A stretch of 64,000 nucleotides of DNA, taken from assembly GCA_031835245.2 (NCBI GenBank), contig JAVKOQ020000001.1, forward strand, positions 310,001-374,000, written 5' to 3'. Both the position numbers and the translations under genes were made by a program. Under the pieces are notes generated by a model that saw only the letters and a list, made by a program, of their open reading frames with translations, had not been told where the DNA came from and did no database searches. Numbering within the stretch: position 1 is the first letter of the stretch; each line of letters starts with the position of its first letter. The DNA comes from Balamuthia mandrillaris (Eukaryota). Shown piece by piece: positions 37,810 to 49,082 of this stretch.

Positions 37810-38571
37810 ATGGCGCAAGAGGAGTACCCCAAAGAACTCATGCGGCACCTTGCCGCCTTGTCTCACGAAAAGAACGACTACTGCGCGATGATCAAGGAGT
37901 GGACTTTTTTGCGGGTGGAGGATCGAGGGCGCTGCGACGGTGAATGCCCCTGTGGCAAACATGGACTGCGCTACTATTGCTACGTCACCAACACGAAGAC
38001 GTACAAACAAACTCATGTTGGGACGGAGTGCATCAAGTGGTTCGAAGAGAAACTGGCTTCGGTTGTAAAAACATTTAAATCACTCATGAAGGACGGTCTA
38101 CAAGGACAGTATGTGGGAACTACGATAGGTGGCTTGCCCCAGTTTGTTATCCACGCGAACTGCGGCATCGTCCAGAATCGGGATGTCTTGAACGGTTACT
38201 TTCCGGGCGGCATCCCTGTGTGGAATGCTGGAAAGAAGTACCGCCTTAAGACTCAAATGTTCCAAGGAATGGAAAGTCTGGTCAACCAACGTAACTACCT
38301 CGTGAGAATTCTCGCTAGAGTCAGCAGAAATGGAAGCCAGTCCCTGATATTTGAGGTGCTGGGTGTGTCACCAACCCGTGAGGAAGCGTTTGTGATGAAG
38401 AGCTGTTTCGCGTGTAAAAAGTGTTTATATTTGTACAGAAGTTTCGAAGCGAAGTGCAGTAAAGCTGCACCCCATTTTTGTTTTAAAAAAATTACACAGT
38501 GCTTGGCAGCTGCTCCTTTTTGTGCCTTGTATCAATCATTCAGTGTTCTTTTTTTGTTTGGAAAAAGATAA
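37810..38571 (+). CDS. Hypothetical protein with Cys motif EW..CPCGK..N..T..VGTECI (putative zinc-binding domain); coding region intronless
   Basis: Non-repetitive ORF from ATG 37810. The C-terminal ~60 aa are uncertain and overlap the 3' end of the convergent gene. Confidence 0.7.
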   Translation: MAQEEYPKELMRHLAALSHEKNDYCAMIKEWTFLRVEDRGRCDGECPCGKHGLRYYCYVTNTKTYKQTHVGTECIKWFEEKLASVVKTFKSLMKDGLQGQYVGTTIGGLPQFVIHANCGIVQNRDVLNGYFPGGIPVWNAGKKYRLKTQMFQGMESLVNQRNYLVRILARVSRNGSQSLIFEVLGVSPTREEAFVMKSCFACKKCLYLYRSFEAKCSKAAPHFCFKKITQCLAAAPFCALYQSFSVLFLFGKR

Positions 38572-40201
38572 GATGGTTGTGAGTAACGACGCAAAGTATG
38601 TTCTTCTTTGGTGGGGATGATACCAACCTTGGTGTGGACCACTGTGGCAGCTGTGAAAAGGCAAGCATAACAGTGGAAAGATTAATGTGTGAATCAACAT
38701 GATCAAAAACAACTTAATACACCAAAAGAGAGAACAACACGTACAATAGTCGCAATGTGGGATGTGAGGCGATGCCACATTGCATAGGAAAGGAAAAAGT
38801 GTGGTAGTTGTACCAATGATGGCACCGTTAATAAGCCCAGTAACGTTTCCACCTTTGTTTGTTTTTAACAACTCAGAAACGAAAGGAAGAGAAAGAGAAA
38901 GAAGAAGAAGAAGAAGAAGAAGAAGAAGAAGAACAAGAACAAGAACAAGAAGAAGAAGAACAAGAACAAGAACAAGAAGAAGAAGAAGAAGAAGAAGAAG
39001 AAGAAGAAGAAGAAGAAGCAGAAGAACAACATCAACAACAACACAACATAAGACAACATAAGACAACAACAAAAGAAACGGTACCATGATACAAATATTG
39101 AAGGCCTCCATTCCAAAAGTGTTTCCGAGCCACAAAAACAAGAAGCCAAAGAGATAAGTAAGCAGAGAGAGGCAAAGCGAGAGGAGAGGAATCATGGAGC
39201 TGAGGTGAGAGAAGAGGCTCCCAAAGCTGTCCCAAAAAGAGGAAGAGGAGAAGAGATGAGGGAAGGACCTTCCCCCGTTTTCCTCCTCTCCGTTGTAGGA
39301 AGCTTTTGTAAATGGTATTCTGGTAAAGATAAGGAGAGCAGCGGAGAGGTAGAGAGTGATGGAGAGTTGCAGGAGAATATAAATAGAGAGCCAGCGTCTT
39401 TCTTTGGTTTGTTGCATTGCAACTTTTAAGCAAAAGAGAGAAGTTTGTTGGTTAGTGATAGAAAAGAGGAGAGTGAACGACGACAAGAAGATAGAGAAAA
39501 GAAAGTTTTTTAACGTTTTTTTTTTTTTTGTTAGGAAGGAACTGTTGTTGCACAACAACAGAAAGAAGAAGAGCGAACAAGAGAACAAGAGAACGAGAGA
39601 AGTGAGAAAAGAAAACTAGCGAAAAGAGAGGACTTGAGAACAAGCGAGAGGAGCGAAACACAAAACAGGTGGAGACAAGAACTGAGAATGGGCGTAGAGA
39701 AAAGAGGTACGTTGGGCAGGTCGACTGAGCACAATGTAAAAGTCGCCTAAAGCTTCTTCGTGTTCTTCTCCTTCCTCCTCTTTAAACAGCTCCTTGTTTG
39801 GCGCTCTTCCTACACAAAGCTTCACAAAAAAAACGAAAAAATAATAAAAAGAATAAATAAATAAATAAAATAGTGGAGAAGATTGGTTACCGCGCCAGAG
39901 GGAGTGACGGCCACATGGGAAACCACCGAACGAGAATAAAAGCCACCATAGTCCAAGTACTGCTGTCGTAAGGTCCGTTTGGAGACGCCACAGAGGTCCA
40001 CCTCCGCGTTGTAAATGTCCCTATAGGGGCCTGCAAAAAGGGTAGCAGTTGGGATCAGGTGGGGTTTTTTTTGTTTAAAAAAAAGATGAAGCACAACATG
40101 GAAACAAAAAACAAACCAGCATGGTCGTCTTCATCAACGGAACCAACGCCTGCAGCAGCAGCAGGGCTGCACTTTTCTTTTTCTTTCTCTTCTTCTTTCA
40201 T
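38536..40201 (-). CDS. Hypothetical multi-pass membrane protein, multi-exon (model uncertain)
   Basis: Exon-like segments (MKEEEKEKEK.., TATLFAGPYRDIYNAEV.., KLCVGRAP.., WLSIYILLQLSITLYL.., LCLSLLTYLFGFLFLW, GLINGAIIG..) separated by GT-AG pyrimidine-rich introns. Confidence 0.5.
38899..39018. repeat. (AAG)n/(AAGAAC)n intronic microsatellite
   Basis: Visible tandem repeat. Confidence 0.9.
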
Positions 40202-40623
40202 CCTCCTTTTTTTGTTATTTGTTTGTTGTTCTTGGTTGCACAAATGTTGGACCAATGGAGCTGTTTACCTGCAGAATGTGTGCAGCAGGCAAACGAAGGT
40301 GCACAAACAGAGCTCCATTATTGGAGTATTTGTGCAATCTTTTGTTTATTTTCTTTTTTCTTTTTTCTCTTTTTTTTTCTCTTTTCTTTTTTCTTTTTTT
40401 CTTTTTTCTTTTCACTTTTCTCTTTTCTTAAAAAAAAAAAAGAAGCCAGAAGAACAACATAGAGTGAATCATTAGCCTAAAAGAAAACCTGTACAACGAC
40501 GTAATGAAAAACAACAAAGGCAGCTTCAAACTTTTTTTTTGTTTTTCTTCTCCCTGCAAAGTGGTTCATAGTTCCACTTGGTCTCTTCCTCACAAATTTC
40601 AAAGAGAAGAACGGAAAGGCGCC

Positions 40624-41664
40624 TCACTCCCAAGTGTCCCAATCCTCCTCTCCTTCCTCAGCAGCAACATCAACCGTCTGCTTTGTTTTTGTTGGTTAGT
40701 CCATGGAACGAAGGAAAGGCAGGTAAAAGAGAGAAAACAGAAAAGAAAGAAAGCGGTTGAACAGACCTGGGCAGCATTGCTTTCACTGGATTGATCCTCG
40801 TCAACAACGAGGTCGGCAACATCGGTGTCGTTGGCAACGTCGTCATCAAGATGTGTACCTTGCGTTCGCTTGATGATCTCCTCTTCAATCTCCTTCTCTT
40901 CATCGACGTCGGCTTCTTCTGGCTGCTGTTTGCTCGTTGATTCATCATGATCATTCTTCTTTTCATCTTGTTGTGTTGTAGGTTGCGGTTCTTGTACTTG
41001 TTTGTCTTTTTGTTCGTGTACTTGTTCTTCTTCGATTTCCTCATCTCCGTCCCATCCCCATCCTACGTCCAACGTTCTGTCTTGTTGCTCTTCAGCTCCT
41101 GGGTTTTTTTTGTAAACATTTTGGAAAGAGAAACGTGCTAACGAGAGCAACCAAGAGAAAGGAGAAAGAACAAGAGAGATGGAGAAGGGGAGAAGCGGAA
41201 GGGGGGAGGGGAAGGAATGTACGTTGCAACAGGAGAATACGTTGTTGATTTTCGTTGTGCAGCTGCTCGATAGTAAACAGATACCGTTGCCAAAAGACTG
41301 GATAGGATACCTTCTCTGGCACTGCCGTTGTTGAAGAAGAACTAAGAGTTTAAACAAACAGAAAGAGAAAAGGAGCAAACAAATGAAGGAGCAAGAACAA
41401 GAACAGTCAAACATTACCTAAAGTTTTGTAGATCTCACGAACGGTAGGATTGTTGGAGAGCAGCTCGCAAATCTCCGGGTTCTTGTTTTGTAGGTCAAAA
41501 GCTTCCTTCCAACGGGCAAACGCCTCCTCGTCGTTGGGGTCTTCCAAGTAGGTTGATTGGTCCGCTTGAATGGCCAACAATCGCGCTTCAAATGCGTTTA
41601 AACTTAGCATTAAAGTCAGAAAAAAGGTGCGTTTGCAAAAGAGAAAGGAGAGACACAACGAGAA

Positions 41665-41721
<57 letters not shown>

Positions 41722-41724
41722 AAG

Positions 41725-41812
<88 letters not shown>

Positions 41813-42418
41813 TACGCTAAAGTGGATTGAGCGGATAACTGTTGTTGTGAGGAGGAGGAAGAAGAGGCAGAAGTGTTGGTAGACACGGCCTTCAGGGAAG
41901 CCACTTGTTGAGAGATGTTCTGGGTGGCCTTGCTGCCCAGCTCCTTCACCACCGTGCTGGTGTCGTCGCTTATCGTCTTTGTGAACTCTTTGAGGTCTTC
42001 TTTGCATACTTTAATCAACGTCTCGGACTAAGGGTTGGTTTAGAGAAACAGGTGTTACAGAAAGAAAAAACGAAGAAGAAGAAGAAGAAGAAGGAAGAAG
42101 AAGAAGAAGAAGAAGAAGAAGAAGAAGAAGAAGAAGAAGAACAAGAAGAACAAGAAGAACGACAACAGGGAAGAGGAGGAGAACAAGAAGAAGAGGAAGG
42201 AAGAAGTTATGGACCTGCTTTTTAACAGTGTCAACGAGACCGCCCCACCAGGCGCTTCCTGCGGTTTTCTCTCCCACCGTCTTTGCCAACACGCTTCCAA
42301 AACCTCCAAATAAACTTCCCCCATCAGCAGACGAAGAAGAAGCCGCTTGACCTCTCGTTTCTTGTTGAGAGGATGTAGATACCACTGGAAAGTCATCAAA
42401 CAGATAAAACTCTGCCAT
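40624..42418 (-). CDS. BSD-domain protein (BSDC1/Dos2-like), multi-exon
   Basis: WWGGLVDTVKKQ-SETLIKVCKEDLKEF, ARLLAIQADQSTYLEDP, ELLSNNPTVREIYKTL-VPEKVSYPVFWQRY, acidic tail ending EEDWDTWE*. Confidence 0.88.
41666..41808. repeat. (AG)n/(AGAGAGAA)n intronic microsatellite
   Basis: Visible tandem repeat in an intron of the BSD gene. Confidence 0.9.
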
Positions 42419-43087
42419 CAGGTTTTGCGCGAAGGGAGGTGTTTTGGTCTTCTTTTTTTTTTTTCAAAAAAATTCCAATCTACCACAAGGGAGGAGGGGG
42501 GTCTCACACACAAACAAAATCAAAAAGGTGCTGTGTGGATCGGGAAGCTCTTCTCTCCTTTTCTCTTCTCTTCTCTCTCTTTTTTCGCGGGAGGACGGGA
42601 GAGCAGACAGGAGACAGGGAAACTTGGATCAACATGCAGCCGCGATAGCCACCATAAATTATCGAAAGGAGCAATAAATATTTGCGTGTCGACACACAAC
42701 AACAACCGAGGTGTGCTGCCGTCAGTCATAAAGTATCGAATGGGTAATGATAGTTACAACATTATTGAGGATTTTTTTACTTTCATTCCAATTTTTGAAC
42801 CCGTATCCATTTTATTGCAAATGGGCGGAACTCTATATCCCGCAGAAATTGTCTCTTTTGTTCACTCCCGATTTTCGCGGTGGTGAACTGGACAATGTCA
42901 AGCACTAAATTGTGGCACAGTGGTTCAAAGGATCGGATAAATTTTGGGCTTCCCCGAAAAGTCGACATTTATCTGAATTTCAAAGACACAAAGGGGAAAA
43001 CTGGCGTGAAACAATAATTTCAGATTTTTTTTTGTTTCGTAGCAACAAAAAACCGAAAAAGAAATAAGCAGAACAGAAGAACAGCAG

Positions 43088-44742
43088 ATGGAACAAGAGA
43101 AAGAACAACCGCAGCGAGGAGAAGAAAAGGAAGAAAGCGAGGACGCCCCTTTTCGTTTTAAAGCGTATCACAAGCGTAGCCTCTCCTATAGCTCCTTGTC
43201 GCCTCAAATCCAAAAGAAGAAAGGTGGCAGCAGCAACGACCTCCTGGGGCTCACCTTGCGCCATGGCAGTTGCAGCATTCAAGGTTTTCTCTTCTTTTTC
43301 TCTTCTTCCATCACCAATCTCTCTTTCATGACATTTTTTTTTTTGCTATATGACTAATATAGCTTTATGATGAACAAAATAAAACAAAAAAAAGGAGCAA
43401 GAAAGACACAAGAAGACGCCCATGCAGCGGTGCCTACCTTGCAAAGGCCTGAAAGCGAGAATGTGGACGCGGAGGTTCCCTATGCCTTCTTTGGGGTGTA
43501 CGATGGCCATGGCGGCGACAAAGCCTCTGAATACGTTTGTGGCAGGCTTCACGTCTTATTCGAACAGCTCGTCCATGATAAGGTCAAAGAGAATGGTTCG
43601 TTTTTTTTTTTGTCAATGCTTCACATTGTTATTTCGTCATTCTTTCGTTATGGCCGTTTCTTCTTCTTTCTTTTTTTGCTCTTGTCTTGTTGTGATTGTT
43701 CTTCTTCTTCTTCTTCTTGTTCTTCCTTCTTCTTCTTCTTCTTCTTCTTCTTCTTCTTCTTCTTCTTCTTCTTCTTCTTCTTCTTCTTCTTCTCCTTCTT
43801 CTCCTCTCTATTAATACTCACAATGGTATCTTTATTAAACAACAGGTGAAATGGAAACAGCAACGATAGAAGTGCTAGCCGAAGCGCTTCGCAATGCTAT
43901 TTTGACGGTGGAGGAGGAATACATAAAGAAGTCTGCAAAGAGCGGAGATTCTTCGGGTACTACTGCCGCTGTGGTTGTAGTCAAAGACAACAAATTGGTT
44001 ATTGGCAATGTTGGAGACAGCGAAGTTGTTTTGTGTGGTACTTTTTCTCTTCTTATCTTTTTCGTTCTCTCTCTCTCTCTCTCTCTCTCAATCTTTTCTC
44101 ATTTTCTGTGTCCTCTTAATTTTCTTTTTCAAACTTGCGAAACCAATAAAAAAGACGGAAAGAAGGCGATCACATTGAGCGAAGTTCACAACCCAAAGCG
44201 TAATCCAGAGGAGGGAGAGCGAGTGAAAAAGGTCGGAGGCACCCTATTCCAGGATCGTGTTGGCCATCCTGTCTTCAATCCTGCCATTATGTCCATCGCC
44301 GTTTCTAGGGCAATGTATTTACTTCTTCTATTATCTTCTAATTCTTCTTCCTCTTCTTCTGCTTCTTCTCCTTCTTCTACTTTTCTTCGTGTCTGCTTTG
44401 TTTTCTTATACCAACCAACTAACAATATAACAAACAACAAGTGGTGACTATGGCTTCAAAGCAAAAGAGTTCACGGGCGGCAAACCCTCGGGCCTAGTGG
44501 CAGATCCTTACATCGATACGATCGAGCTCAAACCAAGACATCGCTTCTGCGTGTTGGCATGCGATGGAGTTTGGGACGTGATGAGCGCGCAAGACGTCGT
44601 CAACTTTGTTTTGGATCGATTGGAGAAGGGACAAACGGACATGGATCAGTTGGCCAAAGCACTTGTGGACAACGCGTACGAGAAAGGAAGTATGGACAAC
44701 ATCACTGCTTCAATTGTTGTCTTTGATTGGGCTGACGAATGA
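43088..44742 (+). CDS. Protein phosphatase 2C (PPM family), multi-exon
   Basis: QGARKTQEDAH, FFGVYDGHGG, SGTTA, GNVGDSE, HNP..EGERV, IAVSRAIGD, LACDGVWDV, GSMDNIT. Confidence 0.95.
43699..43791. repeat. (CTT)n intronic microsatellite
   Basis: Visible tandem repeat in a PP2C intron. Confidence 0.9.
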
Positions 44743-44835
44743 TCGTTTCTTTTGCTGTTCTTCTCTTCAGTGTGCTTTACAAACTCAAACCTTATTCTTT
44801 TGTTTGTCATTGTTGTTTGCTTTATGTCTGAGCAC

Positions 44836-46207
44836 TTAACCTGTTAAATACTCATCTGGATGCTCTTTCACCATCTCATTATACCGTTTAATGTTCCTCC
44901 TCGTTTGGCCATCCACTGATGGCAGAGGCCACTCCCCGCTTCTCCCTCCTTCGTTCTTGTGATAGTGCAGCACGGCCACATCACCCAAGTCCGTATGGGG
45001 TACCTGAATGAAAGGCACGTTCAGCGTATCGGGCAGGTAGTTGTAGGGCACGTCCAAAGCGGCCAAGGCCAAGGTGAGCGAGGCTTGATCGCAGAACCAT
45101 CCCTCCCCGTTGGCGGCCATAAAGTCGTTGTAATAGTGCCACAGACGCGTAATGGGCCGGAAGAGAGGCTGCGGGATGATGATCATTCCGGCGTTGAAGT
45201 AAGGGAACTCGTCTGGCTGGTTGCGGCTTTCCTCTGGCGGGGAGATGTGCTTGCATCGAGTCTCCTCGTGGTGCCACGGCAAGGAGATGGCCAGCGCTTC
45301 CTTTGAGTAGTTTAACATGTTGAGCCTTGTACCGCTGCGAATGGCACCGTCTGGAACAACGCGTGCCGGAAGATTAGAAGCGGACAAGAGCGACAGCACG
45401 GAGAAGAAACACAAAGAGAAAGCACTCCATGGAAAAGAAGAACGACAGACAGGGAAGAGACGGAGAAAACCGGAGAATGACGAAAACAAAGGGAGAAGGG
45501 AGTTTACTCGTTGGAGCGGCATAGACAGAGTCACAGGTCATGGAGTTCAGCTCCGGGGCTATGTCTCGAAGAAACACTGTATCACAGTCCATAACAATGA
45601 CAAACCTGAAAGCGGCAAGTTCTTCGAGCTTGAAGACGTTCACCTTATGAGTTGGCTTACACTTCCCCTGCACCGTTCCAGTCACCCTTATGAGGGGATT
45701 ATACTTGGCAATGGCTTTCAGGAATGAGCCAGGCGGCGCTGAAGGGAACATAAGAACTGCCGTTGCGTTGGAGAGCGAACCTCCCATATAGCGGAGAGAG
45801 CTGTTTGTACATGCATGAGGAAGGGAGGCAAAAACGGAGATGATTAACACATACCGAAGCCACTTGATCGACCGGACAAGGTATTTTTCTTGCAGGTCTG
45901 GGGAGGCCACAAAGACCACATCGGCAGCAGTCACCGGCTTCTGCCCAGAGGGTCTGGTCGCCGTTGCATCAACGTCCCGATTCTCCCCGCTGCCGCTTGA
46001 AGAAGTGCGACCTCCCTTCGCTTGCGCTGCTGGGGGCAATGCGGAGGGAGGCATGGGATACGAAAGCCCCCCTGCCGGGGGGGCGGTTTGGGCCGACTGA
46101 CAGGACAAAGCGGAGGACAGGAAGGAGAACCGAAGCTCCAATGACAACGCGCTGAGCAACAAAAACCCAACAGCTCCTGTCAGCACGGCCCGCCTTTTTG
46201 AACCCAT
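44836..46207 (-). CDS. GT8-like (GT-A fold) glycosyltransferase, type II membrane, about 3 exons
   Basis: N-terminal TM, DxD motif VMDCDTVFLRDI, PYFNAGMII, CDQASLTLAL, VLHYH. Confidence 0.75.
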
Positions 46208-46490
46208 GTTCCCATTCAGCCTTGTGGACGATACGCTCGGCCGAGGGCTTTGCTTGCCTCCCAACCGGCATATTATTGCGGACACCATCCAAACAACAAC
46301 AGGAGGAGGCCTCAGGGACTAAAATCCTGCACCAATGAGAGGATGGGCACTGGCTGGCCAGCCGGTGGTTCCTTCTCATGTTGCTGCCCTTCCCGTGCCA
46401 ACAAACGGGAAAGGGCAAAAACAGGTTTTAAAAAAATGGATATGGAAACGATGCTCAGGCTGCGAAGTTGCTCATCATTAGCCTTGACTC

Positions 46491-46673
46491 TTTCTTCTCT
46501 TCTCTTCTCTTCTCTTCTCTTCTCTTCTCTTCTCTTCTCTTCTCTTCTCTTCTCTTCTCTTCTTCTCTTCTTTCTCTTCTTCTCTTCTTCTCTTCTTCTC
46601 TTCTTCTCTTCTTCTTCTTCTTCTCTTCTCTTCTCTTCTCTTCTCTTCTCTTCTCTTCTCTTCTCTTCTCTCT
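46491..46673. repeat. (TTCTC)n microsatellite, intergenic
   Basis: Long imperfect pentamer repeat. Confidence 0.95.
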
Positions 46674-46739
46674 TTAAAAGTAAACACACGCCCACATCCA
46701 CACACCACCATAAATCTGATTGAGGCCGCATTGTGGTGA

Positions 46740-47900
46740 ATCTTTACTTTTATTAAAAGCCTATTCTTGCTAAGTTCACTTCTTGAAGAAGCTTTATACT
46801 CAAAAATATCTCTTAGCAAGCAAACCTCCTAACCCTCTTTCTTGCAACTCATGGACAGCTTGGCCTAATTCGTCCTGATCATGCTTCAATTTCCGTTGTT
46901 CAACGGCATTACTTATGTAGTCTGACGCATAACAAACATACTGGGACTTGAAAGTGTTAGGGTCCACTTCATTATGCAGGACTTGGTATAAAGGCTGGCC
47001 TTGATAGTATTTGAATCTTTCTATACTACTTCTCACCTGGGAGATAGTTTGTATATTCAGCTGTTTAATAAAATCATCTAGTTCCTCTTTTGTTTCATTG
47101 GCTTGGTCACTTGTTTGATAGACATAACGAGGAATACCCCCAAAAATCTTGAAGTGGTTATGCACCTGATCTGTGGTAAGACCTGTCCCCAGTAAAACCA
47201 CATTAACACATTATCAAAGCAAAATAGTACAAACAAATAAAAACATGGTTACCTGGTGCGACTATTTGGGCTGCAGAATGCACATACTTTTTTAACTCCT
47301 TCCAAGACCAGCAGGGAATGAAGTATTTGTTTCTTGTACGTTCATAGAACTGCTTATTGTGTTGTGGATTAGATGAGGCTGTAATAACTGTGAAAGGTCT
47401 CATTTCCAATGGCTCTTTAGGAATGTCACCACATGAATCAAACAAATACCATGCATCTACATCATTTTCCACTATTTGAAAGAGCTCAATACTTTGTTTC
47501 TTGTCCTCAAGGAAAGCCTCTTGAACCTGACTCTCCTTGAACAACCAAACTTTGTTTCGTGCAACAGACTCAACTAAAACAGTTTTTTTCTGTTGAAGCA
47601 ATCTCCATAAAGTGTAATTCAGGAACCAGCTCTTTCCTGCCAGACGAGGGGAGAAAAGTTAAAGAAAGGAAAGCAAACAAGTAGTTGTGGCCCTTACCGA
47701 TTCCAGGTTTCACTGAACACTACACCGCCACTGCCACCTCTTGTTTTAATGGCCAGTTGCTGTGAAAGTTCAAAGAGTCTTGGATAACACTCACGCACAA
47801 TAAGTTGCATGCCTTTTTTACTACAGAGGGGCCAAGAAAGCAAGCCTGGTTCTGCTTTTCCTTCTATGGCCTCTGTGATGGCTGTGTACAGATCTTGACA
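46740..47900 (-). pseudogene. Crinkler/RHS-type P-loop NTPase, frameshifted and 3'-truncated
   Basis: LIVRECYPRLF; Walker A S-[G]-KPGI-GKSWF with one base missing near 47711; WYLFD; TVITASS; YFIPCWSWKEL; FGGIPRYV; YASDYI; second frameshift at LL/LRDIFE near 46815; introns 47697-47637 and 47252-47183. Confidence 0.75.
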
Positions 47901-48384
47901 GAAGGTGACAAAGAAAGTCAGTCAAAGTGTACTACCACAACTCTAATGGAGATGGTAGGTTGGACCTGTTGAATACATAGAACAGGAGGCCTTCCAAAAA
48001 GGACTAGGCGAGGGTCCTCCTCCTCTCAAAGCCCCAAAAAGAAGTGGGCACCTGCTGTGTCGCCCACTGTTTCTCCACATGGCGTGTGCCGTCCTCTTAC
48101 TTGGTACGTTCTTTGTTGTAAGGATGAGTGAGCCTCAGAATGAATGCAGCCGAAATTTTTCCTCCTCTGTGCCCCCAAAAAATGGGCAAAGCTCCTTACT
48201 TCTTAGGTGGGATGCACAGCACTCTAAGGAGTTGTAGGGTACAAGAGAGGATAAGAGGGTTCGAAAGCGGAACTCCGACAACCCTCGTCTGAACAGCTCC
48301 TATCGATCTGTTTTTGTCTACCGAAACGTCTTGTTTGCCTCTTGCGGCAGAAACCACAATAGAAAACCACAGTGCATTCCCACC

Positions 48385-48525
48385 GCCGCACTGTAATCGG
48401 GGACATGCTGCCTGACCCACCCCTCCATCCTCTAATCCCCTCCTCCTGCACCGCTTTCAGCAGTGCGATGACTCCACGCATGGCAGTTCTTTGGGTATAG
48501 CTAAGCCACTCGTAGGCACGTAGAG
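48385..48525 (-). pseudogene. Decayed fragment of a prenyltransferase alpha-repeat (PTAR1-like) gene
   Basis: TCLRVA*LYPKNCHAWSHR and *RMEGWVRQHVPDYSA resemble the PPTA repeat motifs YPxNYxAWSHR and WxxxHVSDxS; in-frame TAGs at 48501 and 48432. Confidence 0.6.
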
Positions 48526-49082
48526 GACAAAAAAGCGTGTTGGAAACTCCTCGATGCACTCGCATTGACTTCATCAATGATTGCTGCAACAGCGTGAAAA
48601 CCAGCTTGGTGGCGGGCAGGACTGGATTCAAGATAAAGTTTCGTGATCTGAGGGACAAGAGCCAGTCTCTCAGAATCTAAGCCAGCAGCTACTCCATTCC
48701 ACCGCACCACATCACACCACAAAAAACGAAGCGAGCATGGAGTGTCCTCGTTGCTGCAATGTGCCTTGCGCTTGCGAGGAAAAGGTGACTTGCACCATTA
48801 TGCTACCACACCCCGCTCATGCCACATGCCAAGTCAATATTTTCGTGGATGGCTTATAGACTGGCTACGCTCCTTGTATAAGGATATAAGGTGATAAGGT
48901 GATAAAACCCAAAGATACTGACTCTCCTGCAATAGAGGGGCAACAGGCTCCGTGCAGGTTGGAGAATGGCAGGACGTGGGTGTTTCAAAGCTGGAGATTT
49001 TAAAGACAGACCGACACGCTACACACGTAAAGGATCATTTCGTTATTTATTATTTTATTTTCTAATCCTTATTCTAATCTTG

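Noticed and set aside
48430..48505. TAG stop-codon reassignment or readthrough
   Set aside because: TAG terminates an intact gene (60414-60416), and this fragment is also frameshifted, so decay explains the stops.
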